Assembly (NCBI GenBank): GCA_002104905.1
Contig: MCFE01000481.1
Span: 4,284-68,283 of the forward strand
Direction of reading: 5' to 3'
DNA from: Basidiobolus meristosporus CBS 931.73
Lineage: Eukaryota > Fungi > Basidiobolomycota
Length of the DNA stretch: 64,000 nucleotides
The notes under the pieces are model-generated. The model was not told where the DNA came from. It did not search any database and was given only the letters and a program-made list of their open reading frames with translations. Below, one piece after another: positions 1-14,752 of the stretch; within the stretch, counting starts at the first letter, position 1, and every line of letters starts with the position of its first letter. The position numbers were made by a program, and so were the translations under genes.

Positions 1-596
1 AGAAATCCCCCCCCCACAAGGCTGTTTCTTACCCGCCTCTACCTGGTATCTACCGTGAGGGTAGCTTGCATGAATGGTAGATTGAAGCATATGTGTCGTA
101 TTCACGATAATGCTAACTGCAGAGGTGCGATCTTTGATTTGAGCATTATCACTCACCACCACCACCACCACCGTCAGCTTAAGAGTGCCCATACCCTTTG
201 GAAATGAATTACATTATTGCGTCCACAACAGCGGTGTTCTACACTCGAGACAGCCGGGGATGATGGTGTAGGATCGGACTCCTTTTCGGTCGCGTTGCGG
301 TTCGGAACGTACCAGCATGGAAACGGAAGACACGAAACAACGCATAGATCAACGCGAGAACAGAGGAGGAGATATGGTAAACAAAGAGGTGAACTAGCTG
401 TGCACGGTTTTCCCGGTTGAAAATCGCGTACACTGGCGCAAGGTGCCTTGTGGATCGCGAAAATCGGTGGATGGTTTTGGTAATAGACTAGGAAGGATTT
501 AACCTAAACGGACCAAGTGGTTTGTTGGCCAAAAACAATGGAACTTATAAAAAATCCCGCCTTGCCTGTTTCCCATCATCCCCATCAGCCTCTAGA

Positions 597-1364
597 ATGT
601 TGTCTACTGTTAGAATCATCGGCTCCCTCCTCGCCTTCCTTGCCACTGTGCATTCGGCGCCGGTCGATGAGCTGGTCCACAACATCGTCTTCAAAAACCA
701 ATGCACCCACAACGTATGGCTGGCGGCGTCGACCACCTGGGACAACACTCCCTTGCCTGCCAATGCGGGGCTACTCACCCCCGGAGAAACCTTCACCATC
801 ACTGTGGTGGATCAATGGCAAGGTCGGTTCTGGGGTAGAACAGAGTGTGATTTCCAGCACAAGAATATGACCACCAATACCGCCTGCGTCACTGGCGACT
901 GTGGTTCTGGAGAAGAGTACTGTGGCTATATCTCTGGCAGACCACCTGCCTCGTTGGCCGAGTTCACCTTCAACGGCTGGAATGACCTCGACTACTACGA
1001 CGTATCTCTCGTGGACGGGTACAACCTGCCAGTCTCCATTCAGCCCCATTCCAAGGTTAACAACTGGGGTAACCCCTTCTCGTGCGGAAGTCCCACCGTT
1101 GAGAAGGACATCAACCTCATCTGCCCCGGTCCCCTTCAGATCCGGGACCACGATGGAAACGTGGTCGGTTGTGAGTCAGCGTGCACTGCCTTCGGGTTGC
1201 CTCAATACTGTTGCTCCGGCCCTGACAGCACACCCCAGAAATGTCACCCAACCAAATACTCCAAGCTGTTCAAGTCCGCTTGTCCATTCTGTTACAGCTA
1301 TGCCTACGACGATGCCACCTCGATCTTCACCTGTCGCGGTGACTACACCGTCCAGTTTTGTTAG
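597..1364 (+). CDS. Secreted thaumatin-like protein (PR-5 family), intronless, 255 aa
   Basis: Hydrophobic N-terminus (MLSTVRIIGSLLAFLATVHSA); family motifs GRFWGRTEC, CVTGDCG, PPASLAEFTF, DYYDVSLVDGYNLP, YSYAYDDATSIFTC; many Cys; TATA-like TTATAAAAA near 545-553. Second Met of the 522..1364 ORF taken as start. Confidence 0.93.
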   Translation: MLSTVRIIGSLLAFLATVHSAPVDELVHNIVFKNQCTHNVWLAASTTWDNTPLPANAGLLTPGETFTITVVDQWQGRFWGRTECDFQHKNMTTNTACVTGDCGSGEEYCGYISGRPPASLAEFTFNGWNDLDYYDVSLVDGYNLPVSIQPHSKVNNWGNPFSCGSPTVEKDINLICPGPLQIRDHDGNVVGCESACTAFGLPQYCCSGPDSTPQKCHPTKYSKLFKSACPFCYSYAYDDATSIFTCRGDYTVQFC

Positions 1365-1395
1365 TTCGCGAAGGACTCGCCGTCCCCTCTGTACA

Positions 1396-1435
1396 TAATT
1401 TAATTTAATTTAATCTAATCTAATCCAATCCAATC
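1396..1435. repeat. Pentamer microsatellite with stepwise drift (TAATT x3, TAATC x3, CAATC x2)
   Basis: Read directly from the sequence downstream of the thaumatin stop. Confidence 0.85.
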
Positions 1436-1653
1436 CGCAATAAACGAGATCCATTAATCTTTCCACCGGCCTCACCATTGTTGAATCCCATGCAGGTATC
1501 ACATCCGATACCTAGGTCACGTCAAGGATCATTGGGTTGAGGTTGGTTTGTTGAGCCCCGTCCGTCCGATGTGGGTTGTCACTACATACATCGTACGATG
1601 AAATGGTGCTTTGCTACCATCATCCATCGTGGTACCAAATAGACATAAAATTT

Positions 1654-1725
1654 TGCCTACTGCCAGGATTGAACTGGCGACCTTCAGTTTACGAGACTGA
1701 CGCGCTACCACTGCGCTAAGCAGGC
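1654..1725 (-). tRNA. tRNA-Thr(CGT), intronless, 72 nt
   Basis: Minus strand GCCTGCT-TA-GCGC-AGTGGTA-GCGC-G-TCAGT-CTCGTAA-ACTGA-AGGTC-GCCAG-TTCAATC-CTGGC-AGTAGGC-A folds into a full cloverleaf; anticodon CGT; TTTT Pol III terminator follows (1647-1650). Confidence 0.93.
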
Positions 1726-2799
1726 TTCTGTAACTTCTGAAAACTTCATTTAAATATGGTAATGGTCTATAATTCAGGAAAGTACCAACAAATTTTCCAT
1801 TAATAAAATAGCCCAAAAGGATAAGAAAACAGCACAAAATCTCGGAAATTTGGGATCAGAAACATCATACACTTGCGATCACCCGTAAATCACCGACCAA
1901 TAGCATCATCGACATGATGTTTGCAAAAGCGACCCGCGAAATCCGTCGAAACGAGCATTTGTTTGGATAGATGGACGTGGCCTATCCCTCTCGAGACCTT
2001 TGGGGCAGAAGACCATTGGCTCCCTCCCTCCGAGCCATCTCTACAGGAGAGCCGCCTACACACAGCAACAACCATGGTCACGGTGATCCATTGATTTTTC
2101 GTCTACTACACCGCGATAAATTCAATGAGATACACAAGTGTGAACCCGAGCCATGGATACTCGTAAACTTCCGTCCAGGAGAAATGGTCAACCGTTGCAT
2201 GAATGCTCGTGGCGTACGAAGTGTACAGCACACACCATCTATTCGATCATCCAGGGTGACACGATGGAGCCCCCGTTTTCCGGGGGGGTTGATTTCCTCA
2301 GGTACCGATGTGCACAAAGCCAATGTTTAATCAATCATTTCGGACTATGCATATGCCGCCTGGAGGCACTGGCTGATGAGTCGAAGTCCGCACGCTACCT
2401 TAATAAAAGGTTGGGCGTTGGATAAGTGCGGCCTTGTCGGTTTGATGAGCGAACAAGCAGATCCAAGCCATTCATCAGCCGTACGCTGGGATTGTGAGAG
2501 GTCCAGGGGAGCGGGGAGGTTGGGCCAGTTCCCTGGAGTTTTCAACCACCAGCACCAGAGGATGCGTCGAAACTACCTCTTTGCTGTCGAGTGACGTTGT
2601 TGGGGTTGCCAGTGTTTATAGCAGGCGATGGGATAAAAAAAATTCCCCCCTCTGCCACTCGCGAAGGATCGATCGGATTGGCTGGCTCGCGAGTACCGGG
2701 TGGAATAAATATGATAGGACGGGGTGGGGATCGATCTTTTCTGCCTAATCTTTGTTCTGGATCCCCTTCCGCCAAAGTTGCAATCAGTCAGCCTTCAAT

Positions 2800-3662
2800 A
2801 TGGTACGATGCACCTAACATGATGTGAATACCCCGACGCCAACCATCTAACCTGTTCTCCATCCATCCATCTACAGCCTAAGGGAAAGTCCACCAAGAAA
2901 GTCGCCCCCGCTCCCTACCCCGTGAAGGGTAAGCAATCCAGCAAGGTCGTCAAGAACCCCTTGTTCGAGAAGACTCCCAAGAACTTCAGTATCGGCGCTG
3001 ATATCCAGCCCAAGCGTGACTTGTCTCGCTTCGTCAAGTGGCCCGAGTATGTCCGTCTCCAACGCCAAAGAAAGGTCCTCAAGCTCCGTCTTAAGGTCCC
3101 TCCTTCCATCAACCAATTCACCAAGGTTTTGGATCGCAACACCGCCACCGAGCTCTTCAAGGTCTTGAACAAGTACCGTCCCGAGACCAAGCAAGAGAAG
3201 AAGACCCGTCTCGGTGAGGCCGCCAAGGTCACCGCCGAGGGAGGCAAGGTTGAGTCCAAGAAGCCCGTCGTCGTCAAGTACGGTATCAACCACATCACCG
3301 CCCTCATCGAAGCCAAGAAGGCCCAACTCGTCGTCATCGCCGACGATGTTGACCCCATTGAAATCGTCCTCTGGTTGCCCGCCCTCTGCCGCAAGATGGG
3401 TATCCCTTACTGCATTGTCAAGGGTAAGGCTCGTCTCGGTACCGTCGTTCACAAGAAGACCGCCACTGCCCTCGCCATCACCGACATCCGTGAGGAGGAC
3501 AAGGCCGATCTCGCCAAGTTGGTCGACTCCATCAAGGCCAACTACAACGACAAATACGAGGAGGTCCGCAAGCACTGGGGTGGTGGTATCATGGGCGCCA
3601 AGTCCCAAGCCGCCACTCTCAAGAAGCAAAAGGCTCTTGCCAAGGCTACTGGCAAGGCTTAA
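2800..3662 (+). CDS. RPL8: 60S ribosomal protein eL8 (L7a/L8); join(2800..2802,2877..3662)
   Basis: [38 protein letters not shown] and [22 protein letters not shown]; ATG followed by a GTACGA...CTACAG intron (2803-2876) restoring [15 protein letters not shown] in frame; strongly biased codons. Confidence 0.97.
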
Positions 3663-3851
3663 GTTTCGTTTAGGCCCTTGCTGCTGTTGTCTTCAAACTA
3701 ATAATAAAAACATGGTGTACAACAAACCCCTCGTCACCTCGTGCGGATTTTATGGATTTATTGTAGAAAGCGTAACATAGGTAGTTTTTGGGTGGTAACG
3801 GTAACAGTATTAGGTTGTACAATACGTGTGGGTTGAGGTGTGGTGTGTGGG

Positions 3852-6800
3852 TCAGGATAGGTCAAAGCCAGCCTCCGAGTTGATCGCGTATTTCAGTTTC
3901 CTAGATGAATGCAAACTTTGGTCAGTACCAGTGATAATGGTCAATTCCACCGAAACTCACGTACTCCCTCAATATGGCCTTGGTGCTGAACTGCGGCAAC
4001 TTCAGTAGATTAACGCAGGTGGAGGAGGTGGGCAACCTGGAATCATCCTCGCCCGCACTGGTGATGCACATCTTGGGGCTCAACTCCTTGAATCCAAGCA
4101 GAGGCGGTCTCGAACAGCTGGTGATGAACTTGACCAGCTTCTCCCTTTCCTCAGGCTGGAATTCGTGCACCACCTCCCAGAAGTTGCGGATTACTGGGTG
4201 GGATTCGAAATACTTGCCCTCGTAGACAATGTTGCTCTTGAGGTCAACCAGGTCGATGGGCACCTGAGCACCGCCGAGCAGTACCTGGAGCTCCTGCTGG
4301 TTGAACATCTTCAGCCAGTTGGGCTCTATCAGGTCGGTCAGGCCCCGGAAGAATGCTCTGCACTGCTTGTAAATCTGATCGTTCAGTCGGTAATTCGCCA
4401 CCCGGTAAATGTACTCGATCCTGTTCTCCAGAGTCACCGGGATCTTCGAACCCCCGGGGATTAGTTCCAACTCTCTCTTGGCCCCCAGCTCGTCGCTTAT
4501 CACAGTGAACGTAAGCGAAAGGTTCTGGACCTCCTCCTTATCGCAATTCTTCAAATAGATCAGCCCGCGGTACAATTCTGGATCAAGGGTCGGTAGATCA
4601 TCCAGGAAGTTCAGTCTGCCGAGCAACTTGCTCAAAAAGAACCCTGCGAAGGCCACATCCACCAGGATTCCCTCGTAGAGCGCCTTGCCCATGATTCTAC
4701 CCAAGAACTCGTAGTGCCCAAGCTGTGTATCCTCCTGGGCAAACGCATGTGGGTTGGGGTACAGCTTTTGATCCACGGTGTTCAAGAAAAGCCCATAATC
4801 CGTGTCAAATGCCTGCCTGGCCAGGCCTGTAAGGAACTCCTTAAAGACGCCTGATACAAACCTGTTAGTCTACCTCCCGCTGGCGCGCAAACAAGTTGTC
4901 CTTACCTCCACCATCAATGCCAGCCTCCTCAAGTCCAAACTGATCGATAAATGTGATAGCTACCCTAGACTTCAGTCCAGAGCCTAGTCTGTTCAGATGG
5001 TCGTAGCCATCCTCAAAGATATGATCTCTTCGGATGATCGCTTTGGCACCATGCAGGGGCCCAAAGTAGTGGGGCGCTGGCAGGTGTGCTTTATCACCAA
5101 GCACAAATCGTCGGAATATATAAACTCGGTCTTCGAAAGGAATGACGAAGGGGATGTTGTGTAGAATCGCCAGCTTGGCACCGACGCCTTTGTCGGCGTT
5201 TCTGTATTCCTCTTCCTCCGCTACTACCGAATCAGCAAACTGTGTGATACCATTAAGCTCACTCTTCATTAGCCAATGATCTAATGGAGTGAACTGTTTT
5301 CTAGATTCTCGTGCATGTATCTGTTGCAACAATTTAGTACTGATGGTACGAAGCTCTTTCACTGGGATCGAGGTACCTGGCACTTCGTTTCCAAGGTCGA
5401 TCTGATTCTCATTCCAATATAGATTGAATGTCAAATTTCTCAAAATCCCCGATAATTCTACAACCTCCGCAATACTCAGTGGGTTTTTCTCCCCGAAAAA
5501 CTCGTCATCTCCGAGTGTGATCAGCACTCTGGCGTAGATTTCAATGACGAGCATGATTGCTGCCCATTCCATTTGGAATTGTTCCTCACCAAACAGCTGG
5601 ACCGGTAGCTTGGTTGCCTGCAGTCTGCTGGCCAGCATGGATCCTTTAAACGCACTCCACGCCACCTTCAGGAAGGGAACGTCGTTGTTGAACAGCAGGT
5701 AGTTGAATATGTTTTGTCTTGCGGTAGGCCACCGAGACAGAAGGTTGATTATCAAATGGATCGCCAGATAGAACTCCTCGTCTTGCTTTCCAGACACGTC
5801 ATGACTCGACAATGGTTGCAGGATATTGGCCAAGTGGCTCGGCTCGTACATCAAGTTCAGCCATTTTTGAAGCTTTTGGTTGGCAAGCTCCTCGTCGGTT
5901 TCCATGGGGGCTATATCTGGCCTGTCTTCGTGCTCGTCGTCAGAATCATCCGAGTCGATCTCCGTTTTAATGTCTACATTCAATATCGCAAACAAACGTA
6001 AATCACCTGATCTGTAAGCGGGAAAGGGACTAGGCAAGCGCGAACACTTACCATGGTTCGATGCGGTGCTTTCGAGGAACTTCCTTGGCACACGGACAAT
6101 GAGGTCGCGGAGAACTTTGACATAGATCAGCTAGAATGGCTTGTACGGTTAGAGATCAGCTCGGTAGAGACAGCCTCCACATCGACATACCTTTGCTTCT
6201 CTGTTCATCTTTTCGACCCGTTTGTGTCCAAACGCCAGGATATTACTCAGCAACGGTAACGTAGAGCTCTCCTCAATTTGGATTTTTCCGCTTGCAGTCT
6301 GATTTAATATATCCAAGAAAGGCAGGTTGCGAGAAAAATAAAGAACTCCATCAAACTTCAGCCGATTTGGCAGCAATGGAACACTCATGATGTTAAGGAT
6401 GATTTGTTGCTACAGCTACGTCATACATCTCTTCATGCGGACCGGCATATTGAAATACTCTTAATATCAGCTTGCTAACATCTGCTTCCGTCGAGTGTTC
6501 TGGCAACTTTTGGCAGCGAGGTTCATAGTTAGAGATAGAAAGAATGCTGCACGGTGGATTCGAATCTTACCTGTGTCAAGTAGTCACTCAAGTGCTGATA
6601 CATCCCCTTTCGAATCAAATACCCCAGTATTTTCATAACTGTCTGTTTGCTGGTCAGATAAAATTGTGTTGGTAAATCAGACAACAGAGTTTGTGAAGCT
6701 ATGTGAAATGTACCTTTGATCCGAGGCTTGGTTAATTTGTCGGTAGCTGCTCTCCTCCGTCAGGAAAAGCAAACATCTTAACAGATAAGAATCGCCAGTA

Positions 6801-7374
6801 CGAACAAATGCTCTCAATAAGATATCACATGCTTTTCTTAAGGTGTGTATGTAGACGTCTTCTCCTATGGCGAGTGAGCTAAAAGCGAAGTTGTAATGCC
6901 CTTCAGGTAGTTTTGGCTGTGGATTCGACAACACCAATGCCAACGCAACAAGTCTTATTTCGTCGTGCATAGGTCGATAGAATAAAACTAGTTCACGTAA
7001 AAACTGGAATAGCCGGCTAGAAGTCAAATCTGCAATCTTTGCATCGTCGAATTTGGCATTCCATTGCTGACGCAGGTCTGACCGCAGTGACTGCGCACGT
7101 TTGCGACCACGGTAGAAGCTCTGCAAGTTAATCAGTAAGTAGAGGTTCAAGAAATTGACGCATGACCAGCAGTAGCACCAAGGTACAAGCTACCTGGACT
7201 TGCGAGACATCTTACCTGGATCAGGATAGCAGAGCGTTCACGCTTTCGAGATTGCTCACGTTTTTTGCGTTCCAATTGGGCTTTTTTCAGCAAATCTTTT
7301 TTGTCCTGTTGTTGGCGAGAGCCACCCAGGTTGATGTTTCTCTTGGCTTTGAAATCACCCTCAAAGCTGAACAT
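3852..7374 (-). CDS. HECT E3 ubiquitin ligase, UBE3C/Hul5-like, multi-exon
   Basis: N-terminus MFSFEGDFKAKRNINLGG with an IQ-like segment (ILIQ|SFYRG); IPFVIPFEDRV, EEAGIDGGG, FLGRIMGKAL, RLPTSSTCVNLLKLP (catalytic Cys); last exon KLKYAINSEAGFDLS* ends at 3852. Not all internal exon borders resolved. Confidence 0.9.
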
Positions 7375-7977
7375 TGGGGAAATTCCGGTACAAAGATAAA
7401 AGGCCGAAGTGGTAGAGGTGAAAAGGGAAATCTAGTGCTATAGGACAAACGATGCGGGAAGAAAGACGAGATAGGTGAAGAGAAACGTAAGAGACAAAAA
7501 AAGAGCCGCTACAGTATATTGGCAACGTACCAGCCGATCATCAGGTCGGATCGGAAATGGAAATGTGTATATGCGTGGGTCCTCTGAAGTGGAAGCGGAT
7601 TATTAATTGGGCCTTGAATTCGTCAGATGCGGGATGAATAGCATTTCTTCCAAATCACCTGACTCATGGGATGAGGAAATAGAAATCTGGGGAGCGGCAC
7701 CGAGAGTGATCAGGAATTGGATATTCCTAATTGCTTCGAAATAGAATGATCGAAAGGGAAATCGCCTGGTAAACGCTTTAGTTCATGGTTTGGTAATTGC
7801 TTACCCCAGACTGGTTCAATCGGCAAATGGAAAAACCAACGTGCGCTTGATGGCACTTCTCAATGGAGCGACGATTTGACGTCAGTGAGCGGAAATAGGG
7901 TTTCTTTATGGAAAGAAGAGCTTGTACCAAAACTATAAAAAGGTGGTAGCTACCGATCGTGCTGCATAGATCCGAAC

Positions 7978-8442
7978 ATGCTAGTGACCGCCTATCCCAC
8001 CACCGCACCAGACTTCACAAAGGAGTACCATTCCTCTGATTGGGAATACATTCAGAATATGCTTGCTTCAGGCCAAATTCTAAAGCTGCCTCGTTCCGCC
8101 GAGGTCCAAAGAAAATATGAAGCGCAAACACAGAGAATCAAGCAGGAATACGGAAGCATGGCTCAGTACATCCAGCAAGTCAAGCTGGGCTGGGTGGACT
8201 CCAAAGGGGACCCTGTCCCAGGAGAGGATTTTAAGCTTCTTCCAAACGACTTCCCCTACAAACTGGACCCCACCATTCAACATCTAGTGCTGTGGTGCCG
8301 TAAGCCTTTCACACGGGAAGAGATGGCGAAGATACTAAGCGCTGAGCTGCCGGGTAAAGAGTTCCTGTTCTTTGTAAATCCAAAAGCCTTGCAGTCCATT
8401 AGAACCGTCTACCATGCGCAAGTCATGGTCAGGGATTTGTAA
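7978..8442 (+). CDS. DUF3605 family (Gig1/YPL067C-like, HIT-like) protein
   Basis: Motifs LLPNDFPY, HLVLW and FVNPKALQSI..VYHAQVMVR in a clean 154-aa ORF; family assignment from recalled motifs. Confidence 0.75.
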   Translation: MLVTAYPTTAPDFTKEYHSSDWEYIQNMLASGQILKLPRSAEVQRKYEAQTQRIKQEYGSMAQYIQQVKLGWVDSKGDPVPGEDFKLLPNDFPYKLDPTIQHLVLWCRKPFTREEMAKILSAELPGKEFLFFVNPKALQSIRTVYHAQVMVRDL

Positions 8443-8746
8443 TATTAACATTATCTGTAGTCATCACTAACGCTATCGCCATAGACCTAATCTCATGTAA
8501 TAAACTGTTTAACCTGCAACTATAGTCTAACCATTGATGGCAACTTGATGGCAAGGGTCAATCCAAATACGGCATTGATTATAGATATCAATGTGATACG
8601 TTCTCTGATTTGCGATTTACGTAATATTGGTTGTTGTGCAATCAGCTATTGATGAAAACTCTGGAATTTTGAGATCGAGAAATCCTTTGTTATTTATTGC
8701 GAACTGGGCACTTGCTTGGCTTGTAATCTTGACTTCTACCTTTACC

Positions 8747-9315
8747 ATGGTAAGTCCCCTTATCCCATATGTCGCGTTCGCTCGGTTTGACACTTCTTTC
8801 GTAACAGGCTAACCAACTCACCGAAGACCAAATCTCCGAGTTCAAGGAAGCTTTCTCCCTGTTCGATAAGGATGGCGATGGCAGCATCACCACCAAGGAA
8901 CTGGGAACCGTTATGCGTTCTTTGGGACAGAACCCCACCGAGGCCGAATTGCAAGACATGGTCAACGAGATCGACGCCGATGGCAACGGTCAAATCGATT
9001 TCACCGAGTTCTTGAGCTTGATGGCTCGTAAAATGAAGGACACCGACTCCGAGGAGGAGATCAAGGAGGCCTTCAAGGTGTTTGATAAGGATGGTAACGG
9101 TTTCATTTCCGCCGCCGAACTTCGTCACGTTATGACCAACCTCGGCGAAAAGCTTACCGACGAGGAGGTTGATGAGATGATCCGTGAAGCTGACATCGAT
9201 GGCGATGGCCAGATCAACTACGACGAATTCGTCAAGATGATGGTTAGTACACAGTATGGTAACGAAGGATTCGCTCTTCGCTAACGCTTCATATTCACAC
9301 TAGATGACCAAATAA
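8747..9315 (+). CDS. CMD1: Calmodulin; join(8747..8749,8808..9242,9304..9315), 149 aa
   Basis: Four EF hands ([48 protein letters not shown]); two GT-AG introns give exactly 450 nt. Confidence 0.97.
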
Positions 9316-9853
9316 ATTCTCTGGACACCGGGGCCTGTTTAGCAAGGTCGCATCGAGCCAGCTTGAGCTCCAACGAAATTCACAATAAAATAGACGATTC
9401 ACAACAAACATGGCTTAGGATAATCGGATATTTATGCACTTGATTAAGCTTCTTGAGTGGGTGAGGTAGCACATATGGCTGATTGGCTCCACAGATAAAG
9501 GAGGAGACAGCAAAGTCATCTGGTCGAAGAGTGTGACTGATGCCACAAAACGTTCCCACGGCTCGTGGTAAAAAGCCCGCGCCATTAGCCGATATTAACG
9601 TTATTAGAATTCGATCTATATTTTGCCCTAACAACGATGGTTTAGACTTGACCTCACTATAGCATAATCAATCCAAATATCTTTCATTTCTTTTTTCCCA
9701 CCCTTGCACCCAATCAACAGCGTGGCTCGAGACTACCTTTCCCACGTTCCTAGAGATTGCCTTAAATATTCCTTACGTCGTCAATTCCTATTAAACCCTG
9801 AGCTTCTCCCCTGACAACGCTTACCTGTCATTATTCCCTTCCTCCTTTGAGTC

Positions 9854-11545
9854 ATGAATCTTTTACCGCGTACAGTCTCTCGCTTGAGAGTCCCTTCCCG
9901 TGTTCTTCGTAGACAGCAGCTTGTAAGTATCGGCTGAGTGGGGGAGGGGATAGTGAGTCTTTCTAACTGGCCTATTGCCTCGCTAGTTCTCGGTGTGTAC
10001 CGTCCGGGCTGCACAGCCGCTCAGCACCTTGGCAACGAAGGTAGCGTAGTGCATTAATGGTGTAATCGAACGCCACATCGTCTAAACATCTTCCCCCAGC
10101 GTCCACAGTCATACAACGCCGAGATTATAAACCATAGAAAATCCGACTGCTATGCTTCGTTCCATACCTCCGCGCATCACAAGGGAGTCGTTCCTTTCTT
10201 GCTTGCTGATATTGGTGAAGGGATCACTGAGTGTGAGGTCATACAATGGTAATGGATCCCGCGTCAGCCAATCGAGCGAGCCTTGGATTAACTTTGGAAT
10301 CTTATGATGATTGCAGGTTCGTCAAGCCAGGCGAGGAGATCGCGCAATTCGATAAGATCTGCGAGGTACAGTCCGACAAAGCTTCGGTGGAGATTTCGTC
10401 GCGCTACGACGGTGTTGTGAAGACACTGCATTACGATGTCGGCCAAATGGCCAGAGTGGGCCAGCCATTGGTTGATATCGAAACGAACGACATATCTGTT
10501 GGGGAAGTTGACACACCAAGGCCAGCGGAGAGCCCGGTCGCACCACCCAAGAGCGAGCCTGCCACGCCGACAAAGCCACAAGTTGAGGAAAGAATCCTTT
10601 CCCTGGCCACTCCAGCTGTGCGTCGGTTGGCTCGTGAGCATAGCCTCGACATCACCACTCATCCAAGGGACTGGAAAGTCCGGCCGTGTGCTCAAGGAGG
10701 ATATCCTGAGGTACCTGAATGGTCCTCAACCCACAACAACCAGCGCCGAGTCATTCGTGCCATCGGTGGCGGAGAGCGCCCCGGCCTCGGTTGGAAACGA
10801 GATCAAATCACTCACCAACATTCAAAAGGCGATGTTCAAGACCATGTCGAAGTCCCTTCAGATCCCCCACTTCGGATACTCTGACGAGATCGTGCTTAAC
10901 CAGGTCACATCTGTGCGCAAAGCCATCAACGAATATGTAGTCAACTCCGGCCTCTACTCCTTCAAGAAGATCTCCTACATGCCGATCTTCATCAAGACGC
11001 TCTCCATCGCCCTGGAGAATTACCCAATTCTCAATGCACGCTTGGTTGATGCCGAGGATGTTTCCCAGGTGAAGCTGGAGTACCGTGGCTCCCACAACAT
11101 CGGTGTTGCCATGGACACTCCAGCCGGACTGATTGTTCCGAACATCAAGGACTGCCAGAGCAAATCGATCCTTGAGATCGCTGCCGAACTGAACAGACTC
11201 CAGGAAGCAGGCAAGAAGGGAGCCATCGCAGCAAACGACCTTAAGGGCGGCACCATCTCGCTATCCAACATCGGAGTCATCGGAGGAACCTACCTCTCAC
11301 CCGTGGTGGTCACCTCAGAGCTTTGCATCGGCGCCTTGGGCAAGATCCAAAGGCTTCCCCGCTACGAGACCATCCAGGATTCCCAGACCGGCAAGGCAGT
11401 GGAGGTGGTGGTGCCTAAAGAGATCGTGCAGATTAGTTGGTCTGCTGATCACCGGGTGGTTGACGGCGCCACGATCGCCCGATTCTGCAACGACTGGAAG
11501 TCCCTTCTGGAGAACCCGATCGCCCTGATCTCCAAGCTCAAGTAA
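9854..11545 (+). CDS. DBT: Branched-chain alpha-ketoacid dehydrogenase E2 (dihydrolipoamide acyltransferase), mitochondrial; apparent 1-nt frameshift near 10657
   Basis: Arg-rich presequence; VPFLLADIGEGITECEVIQW|FVKPG; lipoyl motif EVQSDKA; E3-binding ATPAVRRLARE...GTGKSGRVLKEDI; catalytic SWSADHRVVDGA. The E3-binding domain is split between two frames with no intron. Confidence 0.9.
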
Positions 11546-11587
11546 ATAATCATTGTACTTTGTCCCCATAATAAAGTGAATCAACTC

Positions 11588-11686
11588 ATCGATGTGGTTT
11601 ATTTGTTGTGCTTTGGATATATCGATGGGGTTTATTTGTTGTGCTTTGGATACATCGATGAGGCTTGTTTGTTGTGCTTTGGATAG
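11588..11686. repeat. 3 x 33-bp tandem repeat between the convergent DBT and zinc-transporter stops
   Basis: Unit ATCGATG(T/G/A)GG(T/C)TT(A/G)TTTGTTGTGCTTTGGATA(T/C/G) at 11588, 11621 and 11654. Confidence 0.92.
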
Positions 11687-11690
11687 CGAT

Positions 11691-14483
<2,793 letters not shown>

Positions 14484-14674
14484 CGCTATTTGCACATCAT
14501 AGTTATACCGAAATTAGATAAGGTAACGATGGCCAATAGCCACGGCACCACCCGAGGCTACTGTGGGACAGCCGAGTGGAGGCCATTGGGTATAAGAGAG
14601 TAATTGCCCTATTTATAGAAACCTTCCACTGAGTTTTGGCTGAAAGTGTACCTTCCAAGACACTTCTTGGAATT

Positions 14675-14752
14675 CTATCCATTATTTAATCATGCTTTAA
14701 CTCAGACACCTGGAGTCCTATCCGTTATTTAATCATGCTTTAACTCAGACAC
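14675..14752. repeat. Two-copy direct repeat, 43-bp period, in a divergent promoter region
   Basis: CTATCC(A/G)TTATTTAATCATGCTTTAACTCAGACAC at 14675 and 14718. Confidence 0.9.

Noticed and set aside
217-433. Short ORFs at the window start
   Set aside because: No recognisable domain or codon bias; could be a partial exon but cannot be supported.
2371-2400. Hammerhead ribozyme core (CTGATGA), U3 or box C/D snoRNA
   Set aside because: No stem II followed by GAAA, no box D CTGA at a suitable distance, no U3 box A'/B layout.
2871-3629. Long antisense and alternate-frame ORFs over RPL8 (and similar ones over thaumatin, calmodulin, DBT, HIR3)
   Set aside because: Shadows of strongly codon-biased genes; no recognisable motifs.
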